NCBI GenBank assembly: GCA_965649765.1
Contig: OZ287758.1
Span: 33,418,001 to 33,482,000, forward strand
DNA length: 64,000 nucleotides
Direction of reading: 5' to 3'
Origin: Bispira polyomma
Taxonomy: Eukaryota
Position numbers and translations under genes: made by a program. The notes under the pieces were generated by a model. That model did no database searches. It was not told the origin of the DNA and saw only the letters and a list, made by a program, of their open reading frames with translations. This document shows, piece by piece, positions 1 to 12,502 of this stretch. The stretch's first letter is position 1, and each line of letters begins with the position of its first letter.

Positions 1-1324
1 CAAAACCCGATTATTAAACTCTATTTTGTTGTGAATAGTGTAGATGTGTACATTTGGACGTTTCCATGTAGACCTGTGGATGCGGCTTGCGGTATAATTG
101 GCAGTTGGATCGAACTTTGCCACATCCCCAAGCATTTGCTAACCAGAAGTACACAAAAAATACTCATTTTGTCTTCAGTTTTTATTGGAATTAAATTGAT
201 CAATTTATTCTTCTGGTTCCAACTGTTGACAAAAATTTAAAAATCACACAAGAAATGAGAATGTTATAGCCTTTAGAATAAAATACCATGTTAGGTAGAT
301 GATATCGCCCACATGAATATAACCGTAAGCCGCCCCCGCAAGTGGTGCGCGTGGAATCATACATTTATACAAGATTTACTTTGAAAGTATTTCTCCGTGA
401 GAATGTGGCTTGCGCTGATAAAATGATAAAATCGGTCCTTAAATAAGCTTCAATGTTTGTTTACATGTGAGCCGATTGCGAATGCAAAAATATGTTCTGT
501 GAGACGTAAGCATATGTTTCATGTTTGGTTGGCATGTCATTCAAAAAACTTTCTTATTTCTGGGAAGCTTTTAAAATATCTTTCACCATTTTAATCAGTA
601 GAATAAGTGGACGTTTCCATGTATGTGGCTTGCAGTTGTGGTTTGCGTTTATAAAGTCGCTCTATAAAGAAATAGTGAAAAGTGTGTATCCATGTGCGTG
701 GCTTGTGGCAATATTGTCGCATCCGCAGGCCGGCTATGGCAAGGTGGTACTAGAAGTCCATACCATACCCTAAGTGAGGTAGAAGTTTTAACCATACCAA
801 AAAGTTTTCCTCGCAGGATGATTGTAGAAGGAAGCTAAACTTAGGGGACCTTCGACATATGGTTCCCTGTGCTACAAGACGATTTCTGTAACAAGTCTTA
901 CTGGAGCCGCGAACCACAAGCATTGCTGCTATGTTTTTGTTGTGGGGGGCCGGGGGAGAACACAGGATGTGCCAAAATTTTGTAATATTCCAAACTCCAT
1001 AAGGTTATTTCTTGTCCGAAAAAAAGTTGGAAATTCTTTCACTGTTTTATTTATTAGAATAAGACGTACATAGAATGTTATACTAATAGTTTGGGGAAAT
1101 GGCAGTGACAAAATTCGCTCAGTGAGCTAGGTATATGGAAAGGTATACTAATAAGTTCTTCATTGATGCTGACAATATCAATAGCCGTATTATGTCACAA
1201 CATGTTTACAAGTATGACATTCAACATAGATGAAACATGTATGACATCACATTACATAACCCGTTATATAATGGCTGTTGCAATCACGTTACAGTGTTTT
1301 CAACTGGGTAGGGACATATACATA

Positions 1325-1472
1325 GTTTTATAAGTTTCATTAAAGAATCATTTCAAGGTCAGAATAGTGTGTATAGAAGCCTCATAAAATTTGCAGTCTA
1401 GTTTATTAACATCGGCCACAGAAGACAAATCACACCATCCCCTAAGGATATGGATAGTTTTGATTTGTCTTC
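1325..1472 (+). repeat. Interspersed repeat ending in a hairpin (second copy at ~33085-33240)
   Basis: Shared AATCATTTCA.GGTCAGAATAGTG...GAAGACAAATCA; stem 1421-1432/1461-1472. Confidence 0.7.
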
Positions 1473-3764
1473 TAACAGTAGGATAAGAAAATGTAATGAA
1501 TCTCTAGCATCCTTAGAAGCAAGCTTTAAGAGTATCTTTGAATATATATAAAGCATTACAATTAAGTAGACAGAGAAGGGTCCCCGGTTATGTTACGGAA
1601 TGTTTAGCAGAAGATGAATCGCAACCTAGAGGTGATGCGGCTAAGTAAGCTATAAGATGATGCATTGAGATGATGCATTGAGAATCTCTTTACTGGTGGT
1701 GTAATCATCATTTGACATTTGACATTTAATGCACTTTATATTTTCACAAAAATTGTTGAATGTGTAAAATAACTAATAGTCCAAAAGAAATGATAACATC
1801 AAATATATAAAAATGATACAAATGACAACAATACAATACCTTTTATGTAAGTCCTGCTGAAAACTGGAACTGCAACATATATTTGCAAATTGGTTTAAAC
1901 ATATGTATTTTCCAATAGACAGTAACAATAGTGTCATATTTTTTTTTTGTTTTATAAAGGTTTATTCCCCCTAACAAGAACCTATTTTAGCCACCCTGTG
2001 CAGAGGGGACACCTTGCAACCCTCTCCTGGAGACTTTACAAATAACTACACCTAGCAGGGTGGCTTTATATATTCTTAACAATACAAGGAACACTTGTAA
2101 CAGTAACAAAACTGTGTTGCCTTTTACACCAGTGACGAAAAATAAACCATTTTTGTGGGGGAAAAAATAGAAAAAAAAAACAACAAAATAAATTGTATAT
2201 ACACTATACATGTGTTTGGCCTGTCTACATATCTAAACTTTTTCACTACAATCTTTAGTCACTGGTATTTAACTATTCCGCATTTTCTACCAATAGTATT
2301 ATATTAAGCCGCCTGGATTGTCCAGGGCAACAGGCAATGGGAGGAAAAACTGGAACATTTTATGTAAGGTATACTTTTGAGCACACAATTTAAATACATG
2401 AAGCGCTAGGATATGTTATATAGTTACTTATTTTATAATGCAATTGCTGGAATCGACAAGTATTGGATATATAGTCTTGGATGTAGGTCTTGGATGTAGG
2501 TCATTGCTATTTCATTAATCGTTTCTGGTATAGATAGGTCAGGTTTTATTAAACTTCAATTGTGCTAACCCGTCGGAAAAGTCTATTCTTATCTTATGAT
2601 TTAATAGTCAATTGAAAAAGTAGTGCCTTTCATCTTTGGATGGTTATATCCGAGAATGGACACTAGTTGTTTTGTACGATATTTAATCCTTAGCAATCAA
2701 AGTTTAGGCCACTGAATTTCATTCATAACCTTGACAGGGGATTTGCTTGTTCCCTAATACAGGATTTCAATGTTTGCATGAATTTATATAAGGATCAATA
2801 ATTTTTGGGTTTTGTAGAGAGTTGTAATTCTTTATTGCCTTAGGGTAAAACGAATGATTTTAAACATTGTTCTTTCCCTTGGAAAAAATTCACTTTCTTA
2901 GTCCTCTTCAAAGAATAATTAGTATAGTTCTCTGGAGTTTTATTTTTACCTTCTAATGATTCAAAACCAAGTTCACTGTATATTACATACCTAGTTCTAA
3001 TTATTTGCCAGTGATAATCCTAGCTGCTATAATCTGGACCTTTTTAACAAATTTCTATTGTTTTATGTGAGATTCTCCCAAGTTATGCTGCCACATTCTA
3101 ACAGTCACATAAATAAAATGTACATACGATTTAATGTTTTTTTTTACTTAACCTATGTTTTAGGAGTTGTTTTAAGTTTGGGCTTAGCTGTGGAGCAAAT
3201 GTTATCCACATGGACATTCCGATGTAGGTTTCCTTGCAATGTCAGTGCCAAGTGTTTATCATTGGTGACACATTATAAAACTTTGTTACAAAATTTAATA
3301 TCGGGCAATCATATTTCCTTTTTATCTGTACAAAATATGTGGTCCACTTTTGCCGTAAGTCCCTTTCGAGCTAGTTGCTTTGGAAGTGTCAATAATTGTA
3401 CATAGTATACTTCATCCTAGCAGACTCCTACCTATTTCTGTCAATTTGCTAAAGCTGGGTTGAAACGTTTGTAGCTCGAGATTCTGACTACTTAAGCAAA
3501 GTATGCAACAGGAAAAAATGATTAAATAGTTCAGCATTTGCAGCATGTGCAAGTATGTCACTGTTTTTTTTTTTCATATTATACTGATCTTTAGCATCCT
3601 GGGTGTTTCTGTATCTGGTCTTCTCCGTTTATAAGCAAGTGTGTTAGTGGTAGTTGAAGTGTAATGGTTTTGTTTTAAGATACTAAATGTTGATAACATG
3701 TACACAGATTAACAGTAAAGTCACTCAAGGTTTAGTTATTTATTAACATAAAGGGGGAGGGGGG

Positions 3765-3957
3765 GGGCTCCCTGAAGTAATGGTAACACTGCCTTCCCAC
3801 ATCGGCATTTGCTGGCTCAAATCTTAAACCGGGCATGTATTTGTCAAAGTTAGTAGTAGACTTGCTGAACATTGGGGCTTGCATAACAGAACACCATGAT
3901 TTTTTTCTACCAATGAACTGCCTATCGTATCGAAAGCAGTGTTAAACCCAAACAAAC
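3765..3957 (+). mobile_element. Old tRNA-derived SINE (Meta/MESC-like)
   Basis: Degenerate A/B boxes, AAAGTTAGTAGTAGACTTGCTGAA core shared with the 12290-12502 copy, GTTAAACCC(AAAC)n tail. Confidence 0.65.
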
Positions 3958-4655
3958 TTGGACATCTGTTATTGTCTTGACTATCGATCCCAATAGTTAT
4001 GGCTCTATGTGATATATAAATAGTATAAGCACAGCCGTAACATAGAAATTGAGTAAATTACGTACTTTTGGTGTATAATAATAAAATATATTTCACGTGA
4101 TTGATATTTGATTCATAATTTTACAAAGGATTTGTTTATTTAGGATATATTTGTGGTTCTTTAAAGGTCCGCTCTGTGTTGATGCATCAAATGTAAACCA
4201 TCTGGAAATGTGCCCACTTTATTTCCCCCATTATCATAATGCTGAATTATCGTAAAATTTAAACATTTTGATCAGACCACCATATAAAACATGATTTATA
4301 CATGAAGATTGCAATAACCATTAGCAGACTGATCATATACCCTAGCATTATAAATTTAACAAGTTTAAATATTTGTAGAACCACATATGCAATGGCTGGA
4401 TTGGGACGGATGCCATCAACAATTATTCTGGCCCTGGTCTCAAGGTAAAAAAAATCATTAAGTCAACCAAAGATACATAATTGAAATCAAAGTGTATCAT
4501 GTCAGTACAAAAATATATGTGTATATATAATAAGTGTCCTGGTATATACTCACGATATGTCAGCTAGTAATTAACATAGCTGTATTGTAATTTTGTATTT
4601 GTAAACATAGTCATAATTTCAGGTCATCATATTCTAGTTAAGCTTAGTATGACCT

Positions 4656-4872
4656 TAAAGTCGCTTTGAACACATTTGTGTAATATCACGACCAGCAGGT
4701 AATTTGTGAAGGTAATCAAACAAAGTTAGTTGTTCTAGGTTTTCTGCTCTGCAAACCACCAACCTGCAGAAAGTGTACTGCCAATTTTCCTACATACATG
4801 GCAAGACAAAGATTCAGACCCACTACTGCAGGGATGTGATGTTTCTGTGTTACCACTACACTACTGAGGTCC
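4656..4872 (-). mobile_element. Old tRNA-derived SINE (Meta/MESC-like)
   Basis: Minus strand: GTAGTGTAGTGGTAA head, GAAAATTGGCAGT..GGTTGGTGGTTT core, GTCGTGATAT..AAAGCGACTTTAA tail. Confidence 0.6.
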
Positions 4873-6289
4873 GTGGAAATTCTTGCAAATGGTATAAATT
4901 CATTAAAGTATTCATAGGGCCGAGTTTGTCAAGAGTCCAGATGTACAACTGATTCCATCCATTGTAATGTTCCATTCCACAAGCCTTACTTTTAAATTTG
5001 TTTATCTTATGCTTTTATATTTATACAATTTGCTGTGGTTTTTTAATAAAAACATCATGAGAAGATCCCGAAGTTTCAAAAATTCCATGGACTTAACTTC
5101 AACAATGGAGATTAAATTTTTTGGGGTGATATTCCAATATAGTAGTTGCTGAGCAATAAGTCTTCGCTCTTTTAATTTTTTGTGTATAATATACACAATT
5201 ATATTATGTATCATTGACATGAGCGAAAAAAGGACATGGTATATCAAGGAAGCAAGCAAGCAAGCACATAGTAGCTGATTAAATTCAATAGTACCTTACA
5301 AAAATATTTGCATTTTAATATGCAAATTCGTTTATATTGCTCTTGATTAATTATACCAACAATATTTCAATTTTTTACCAATAAAATCGCAGTGTCACAC
5401 ATTTAAAACAAATGCAAAATGATGCTCCTCAGATTCGGGTACTCCTCAATATTCCATGCACCGACAATATATATGCACAAAAGTTGAACGAGAATGTAAT
5501 CCTTTAATAATCCTTAAACTTTAATTCAAAGTTAATATGTTAAAAAGTATTGATGCATTTGTATCTTTCTGGTTTCAAACATTTGTTTCAACGCTACAGG
5601 AAACAGAATAATGGTAAACATAACAACTTATAATAAGACCTTTCTGGCGATACCAAAATGATTATTTTAGGTGAAGTATTCATATAGATACAGCCATTGA
5701 ATCAACTAAAATTTCGAGACAAACACAATTATTTGGCTCTAAGGGTCCGACAAAATAAAATGATTCAACTATATATTGAAAGTACATTGGGGCAAAACCT
5801 TTCGACATCCTATAGAAGTAGTGGTAAACGTGTTATACTGTGGGCGATAATATAATTATTCCCCAGCACCCCAGAAGAAAAGATTGAAAGGAAAAACAGA
5901 GTGGAATCTAAACTTTCAAATTCTATTCTACTCGTTTTTGTATGATATGTTCAATTTAAAACACATTTAATGTAAAACACAATATTAGCACTGTATATTG
6001 GAGTACAGGGTGACAATGCACCCAAGCATAACATTAAGAGGGCATTTTGCCCACTGCATTAAGTTTAGTATCTATTCATATTGCACCTGAAGATGCAACC
6101 TTATTAACATTATTCACCTTGCATCCAAAGATGTTAATTAATTTACAGCTTATACTGGCTAAGGCAGTTAAACCCATTAACAGCCTGTACAAGCCAAGCA
6201 GGTGCATATATGTATAGGGTAGTACTATTGCAAAATTTCTATACAGTATATTTCATTATTTATAATGTTATTCACTGTTTTACAGGAAA

Positions 6290-7390
6290 CCACCCAAACA
6301 CCCAGAAATAGTGATGTAGAGCATGCTAAAAGAAAAGTGACAGTACAGGCATGCGGATAGTGGGCAATATATTTTCTAACACAGTTAGAGGACCACATGC
6401 CCTGAGCTTGCATTTGCTGCAAAGGGACATTATGACGAAGTGCTCAGGAAGCACCAGGACGCCCAAAACTATGAAATATGTACTTATGATCTTGCAATCC
6501 ATACAAAATTTTTATGGTTTTTCTTCGCCATGGAATCTGTAAGAGTTGATGACACTGAATGTTTTGATATGTAACATAAGGGCTCATTATCTGTACCTGA
6601 AACTAAAGCAAGCATGACTTTGATTGCGGATACTGGAACCTAAACTTGGAATAGTGATAAATTTAATGTGATCCCTCATCTGTATGGTCGTAAACAATTT
6701 AAGCAAAATGGTGGCACTTGGCGGAGCAAACAGTATATCCCTTTCTGGTGAGCTGCCTGGTAAAGTCTAAAGCACTTGCAGAATGAGGAAGCATGTTTGA
6801 CATGCGCAGAAAGGATATAAAAGGCAATCAGGTACAAGGCCGTGTAAACCTAGTTGCATTGGCTATTTAAGCAAAACCGTCTGATCCATTATGTTTGATC
6901 CTTTAGAATAGAAAGGTCTATTTATTTTCAACACTTTAATGTAATACTGTATTTTAGGATCTTTAAGATGCTGAGTAGATATACCATTTACTTCAAACAT
7001 GGGCTTGATGGCCGCCATGTAATTAGCTATATTAGCAGCACCTTTACCATTTTGAACAGAAATTCCTTAAAGGAAATCATGAGCAATACTGAAACCTGAA
7101 ATAAGTCCAACCCAGCCGCCACCAGAAATGCCTTAAATTCATTAAACATATGAATATATGCACGCCTGGTTGCAGGTTAAAATACAGATATGAGTCTCAG
7201 AGAGGCAACTGAGACTAGCTGGGCAGTACCACACAAGAATAACTAAAATACAAATTTAAATATACTATATACATGTATCATAATTTAGTAGAGTTGTAAG
7301 GTTTCTACAGTCTGTGTCAACAAAGTCCATCTGGATAACAAATCCTCCAATGTCTTTTCTTTAGCATATACCATATCCCAAGTCAGCAGA
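6290..7390 (-). mobile_element. Third YR retrotransposon remnant (RNase H end plus tyrosine recombinase)
   Basis: Minus-strand translation gives DLLSRW (RNase H end), PATRRAY, IANYMAAIK, FLRMSNMLPHS, FHSFGRPGAS and HNVPLQQMQAQGMWSSNCVRKYI, then the TGGGTGTTTGGG motif seen after the other YRs. Confidence 0.82.
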
Positions 7391-7399
7391 CTATGATAT

Positions 7400-8516
7400 T
7401 TTATAGGGCATTTTTGGCTGAAGTGTTACATCGAAAATGCCACAAGTGGCTTCGACATTGCAAACTTGTGGGAGCAATAATAAGTGTAAGATAGGCACTT
7501 TCAAGTTTGTCAATGCCCACTTGACCTTGAACGAGTAGCCCGAGGTCAAATCTCACCACAGCAAAATATTCCCAGTCAATGATTTCCTTTAGGTTGGTTT
7601 CACCAGTGGGAGCAATATTAGGGCAGAGATAGGCACTTTTAAGTTTGACAATCCTTAGTTGACCTTAAACAAGGAGCCCAAGGTCAAATCTCACCACATC
7701 AAGTGATTCCATGATATCCTATAGACTGGTGGTACATTTAAATCCTCTAGGACCAATCATAAGTGAGATTTAGGCACTTATATATTTGGCCATCCCTATT
7801 TGAGGTTGAATAAGGAGTCCGTCCAAGGTCAAATGTGACAACATAACAAGATTCTGAGCCCCTGATTTTCTATAGGTTGGTTTCACATTTCAAACCTCTA
7901 GGAACAATAATAAGGCAGATATAGACACTTTTAAGTTTGGCGAACCCTATTTGACCTTAAACGAGGGGGGGCCAATGTCAAATCTGACCACAGCAGAAGA
8001 TTCCTAGCTCTTGATTTCCTAAATATTGGAACGACATCCCAAACCTGTAGGACAAATAATAAGAGAGATATAGGCACTTTTCTGTTTGACCTTGACGAAG
8101 AAGCCCAAGGTCAAATCTAAACACATCAAAAGATTCTCTGCCACAATTAAAACATTCCCAGTCTATGATTTCCTATAAGTTGGTTTCACATGCAAAACCA
8201 AAAATGCGCGAAATGTAGGTACTTTTAAGTTTGGCTGCCACTGCGTCAGTGTGTGTAGACATTTTACCATTACGGCTTTCCTGAGAAAACTTTTAAACCT
8301 AGGCTCCTGAAATTTACAGGATATGTTCGTTATTAAAAAGTTTGCCTAGGAGTAATTTGGGCCTCATTTTGAAAAACAAGAAGGCCGCCACGGGCGTTTT
8401 TTTGAATTTTGAAAATGATCAGACTTTTTGTACTGACGAACTGTGTCTGTTTCTCTGCTGTGGAAGGTTGAATCTCTTTACGGGTGATATCTCTAATGCA
8501 TACTATTATTATTATT
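7400..8516. repeat. Non-autonomous Helentron/DINE-like element carrying ~5 tandem ~140-150 bp repeats
   Basis: AGGTCAAA-type landmark recurs at 7543, 7681, 7826, 7975 and 8108; each unit has a TTGACCTT...AAGGTCAA dyad; terminal hairpin GGCATTTT..AAAATGCC at 7407-7440 and (TAT)n at the other end. Confidence 0.65.
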
Positions 8517-9902
8517 TTTATTAATGCATTTTTAACGCGCTTTATTGATGCAAGGCATCTTCTAAAGCGCAACAGCAGAATATATATGTCCTGTATAAAC
8601 ATGCAGACATTTGACCTTGAATTTCTTTATTTTGTTGACAAAATAAAACTTCTTTTTCGGCAGTTGGGATTGTTTGCAGCTGTGCATGAGGCAGTCAATC
8701 TATTTCTAATCCTTACCTTAATTTGTTTGTAATTAAGATTTAACGTTTGATCTAGTCAAACTAGTGATGGTTAACCAATTAGGTAGAAGACCTGGTTATA
8801 GAACAATTTCTTATGTATGGCAAAACTAGGTTTGAGGACATATATACCTTTTTTACTTTTTCCTCTCATTTCGTAAGGCCCCAGTCAAACACCTCCGTAA
8901 AAAAAAAATTCAGATGTCAATACATGGTAAACACAATAATCAAATTTTGTTGGTTCGTGTTCCTTCTGCTAGAGGACGGCACGCTACAAATAGCTCATAT
9001 AGAACAATCCAATACATTAAATAATTACTACTAATTACTTACTCTGCTACGTCATCAGATCTCGAAATGTGACTTCTGCAGCAAATCATAAAGTATTTCA
9101 TATTTATCTCATATTTTACCCTGTAAGTACTTTATTGGGGAAAAAGTGGCATAATAAAAGTTTATTTTTGAAGCTAGAATGACAAAATTCCCTAATTTTG
9201 CATATTTGCACACCACATGTATGAACAGTTATACAGACAGGACAGTCGTACCGGACTCTATGTTAGGGCTACCCCAACACTAAAATTATTAGGAATTAAT
9301 GTTATATTATTGCTTCCTTATTAATTTGAATAAATAACAGAAACTGTCACATCATAATAAGCCGTAATAAGCCGTATTTTGATGTTTTGATCTTAAATAA
9401 GTAGAAATGGGTACCCGTATTTAAAACTTGAATATCTCAGCCGTTTCTCAACAGAATTTGATGTAACAAAAGCACAGTAATCGCAAATATAAAGGCTTTC
9501 TTAACATTTTTTGATAACTATTTTAGCTTTGGTAGTTATTCAAAAATGTTGTTCATTTTTTGTTAGAAAATTGAAATTATTAGGAAGGTACGCAGGTGGA
9601 CATGCATATGAACAGGACAGTCATACAGACAGGACAAGTCAGACGGACAGCACAATCCTACCGGATGATACTGTATAGTCAGTGCATGGGATATCGAGGA
9701 GCATCCGATTACAAGAATCAGTCTTTGTTATGGATGTGTAAAATGGCCATTTTTATTGGTAAAAATAGAAATATTTTATTCAGCTACTATGCGCTTGCAT
9801 AGGTCCTCGATATATAGTGCTCGATATATACAATTATTTGTATCAATTATCTTTGTTGTGTCATCGTTAATTGGTGCATTTTTTAGATTTTGTTTATTAT
9901 CA

Positions 9903-10451
9903 CAGTAATCCAGACAATTTATCCGCTATAAAAACTCGACCCCTGTCTGAACTTACAAACTCGGCCACTAATTGTACAAATTCTGCCCAATAAATTACAA
10001 CCTCAGACCCCAATTTTCTACAAAGTTAAAATTTTCTACAAAATGAAAATTACTCTCCAGCACTTGGTAAATTCTAAACTTCACAAAACTGCCAAATATG
10101 TCTTTGTTTATTGATGGATTCATATAAAGTGGCCAGTCATTGTTAAATTTAAGCTGTTCACGCTATTTCATTAATACATACATATACTGGTCATTGCCAC
10201 GTATAACAAGATTTAAATGAGCAGTTCACAAAAACTGACAGAAGTATTTATTTTTATAGGCAATTTTATTATGATAAATTTATAGATTATGTGTTGCATG
10301 TGAATAAAGCACAAAATATTTTACCAATAAATTAATTGGCATTTTATGAGATTCTCAATATATGGGGCCAACTTAGGGGGCCGAGTTCATTCTGACACAG
10401 TCTAAGTTTACTGGGGTAGAGTTTGTAACAGGGTCGAGTTCTCTGTGAAAC
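9903..10451. mobile_element. MITE with AACTCGGCC/GGCCGAGTT subterminal repeats
   Basis: AACTCGACCC (9933-9942) and GGGTCGAGTT (10431-10440), plus several degenerate copies at each end. Confidence 0.45.
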
Positions 10452-10978
10452 TTCTCAAATACAGCATCATTGTTGCCAATTATGGTCAAACAAAAATTAT
10501 GGACCCACGAAAATCCAGATTTTTCAGCATGTTCATGTACTTCACTTTAACAATGAAAATTGTCATCAGTATTCAACGAATTTTATTCAAATGAAGTCAG
10601 AAACTGCAATATTTGCTCTATATGTTTGAGATTCGGCCACCTTGAAATATAGTCAGCATTGATTTCACCGAGTGCCCGAGGCCAAAGGCAGACCAAATGA
10701 AGTTACTTTTTTATGCAAACATTTCTTCGTATTTTTAGTACATATTATAACATAATTTTGTTGAGCTAATAGATATAATTTAATGTATTTTCTAGGATTC
10801 CAACAGTAGTGATGTAGAAGTATGATTTGGATAAATTGTGTATTACCCATTGCAAAATATTGTACAACTCCAACAAAAATAATGTAGATTTAGGTTTCTC
10901 ACACGTTTTAAGAACCTTAAAGTGGAAACTCAAATTAGAAGAAAAATTATATACTAATCAAGGTAGATCTCTCTCTCT

Positions 10979-11009
<31 letters not shown>

Positions 11010-12289
11010 CTATTTACAGAAACACTTGATTTATTGTGTGCATCATTGTTCAAGTTAATTCTAATCTTAATTGAGCTTTTCTACAGTTTTAAAGTAAAAT
11101 CACATTTAATTTTCTCTACGGTGAGTAAATTACTTGTGTACTCAGGTATGTATGTGGGAAAATCGACACTTTTTTCACATGCAACTATTTACTCTAGTAG
11201 AAGAAAAATTTTTGAATATTGATTTTTGTTCCATGCCTTCATTAGAAACGTCATTGAATATGTACATGTAGTTACAGTTGTTACATTAGAAAGTGTCCGA
11301 AGGATAATGTAATCTGGGTTCAAATCCCAGGGTAGATTACTACAGTCTGTTGCGACAGATCCTTCTGGTGTATGTTGAAAATCCATAAAAGTCAGAAATC
11401 AGCTGTTGTTTGGATTGTTTGGTGCATTATGGGTACATGCACAACGTGCAGGTGTATTACGAAATACTATAAATACACTATCATATTAAAAAAATTGTGA
11501 AAGTGAAATTTGTAGTTTTTATGTCTGGTGACAAAATCAATGAGATTGTGTTATTTTTGTTGAAGCTTATATATAGCACCCTATTGACGTATGATCCTTT
11601 AGAGCACTCGTTCTCTGAAATAAATAGTCCTAAAACATAGTTTGGATCGTCATCAGTGTAGGCAATGTCATTTTTACATGTTGTTCATGCAAGGATGTTA
11701 AATTAATCTAGTTTAGTACTGACATTAGCAGGAGTCGAACCAGGGACCACCTGATCACCAGACCAATTCTCACTGCCACACATTTCTTGACCTTACTTTC
11801 TAATTGATACACATGCTACAACACCCACTCTATATTTAGAAACTGGGATAGGTTCAAGCAACAAGAAGGGTTACACCCCATGCCATATTTTACACCCCTC
11901 ACAAGTGCTGACATTTGGTAAATTCTAAATATATGTCATTATGGGAGTCTATTTGTGGAGGAAATCAAAACTGGGTAGTTAAGATTTCTCTTCTAAAATG
12001 TTGACTGTCTTGTGCCCGCTATATGGCCCGTTTACTAGACAGCTGGCCTCAGGTGAAGGTTACAATCAAGATCACATAAATTTATTTTGAGGTTAAAAAG
12101 GATTACAAAGACCATATAAAAAGAAATGTTTGAAGTTATTTTGAGCATTGGTTTTTTATGCCTCCGGTGTAGTGCCATAAAATGCATTGGGTGTAAAATA
12201 TGGCAAATCACTTGCCATATTATGCACCCCCTGCCATATGTCACATCCCCTTTCCATATTTTACACCCCCTCACAAGTGTTGACGCTTG

Positions 12290-12502
12290 TTCTAAATACT
12301 AAACTTCAACATGTGTGTGTCAGTCATTATAGCATTATTTGTGGAGGAAATCAAAACTGGATAGATAAGATTTCTCTTCTACAATGTACTAGCCTTCAGC
12401 AAGTCTACTGCCAACTTTCTCAGGCACATGCTGGGGGCGGGGTTCGAACCAGCCACTTCAAAGGTATCAGCCAAATACCTTTGCACCACCACCAAGGCCC
12501 GC
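12290..12502 (-). mobile_element. tRNA-derived SINE (Meta/MESC-like)
   Basis: B box GGTTCGAACC at 12441-12450, GAAAGTTGGCAGTAGACTTGCTGAAGG, TTTCCTCCAC core; its 3' part and flank are locally duplicated at ~11870-12000. Confidence 0.7.

Noticed and set aside
1850-3480. Very old LINE ORF2 on the minus strand (KVDHIF-like motif near 3340)
   Set aside because: Too degenerate to support with more than one or two weak motifs.
7441-8235. Regularly spaced repeats as a CRISPR-like array
   Set aside because: Whole units are homologous with no unique spacers, the context is eukaryotic, and there are no cas genes.
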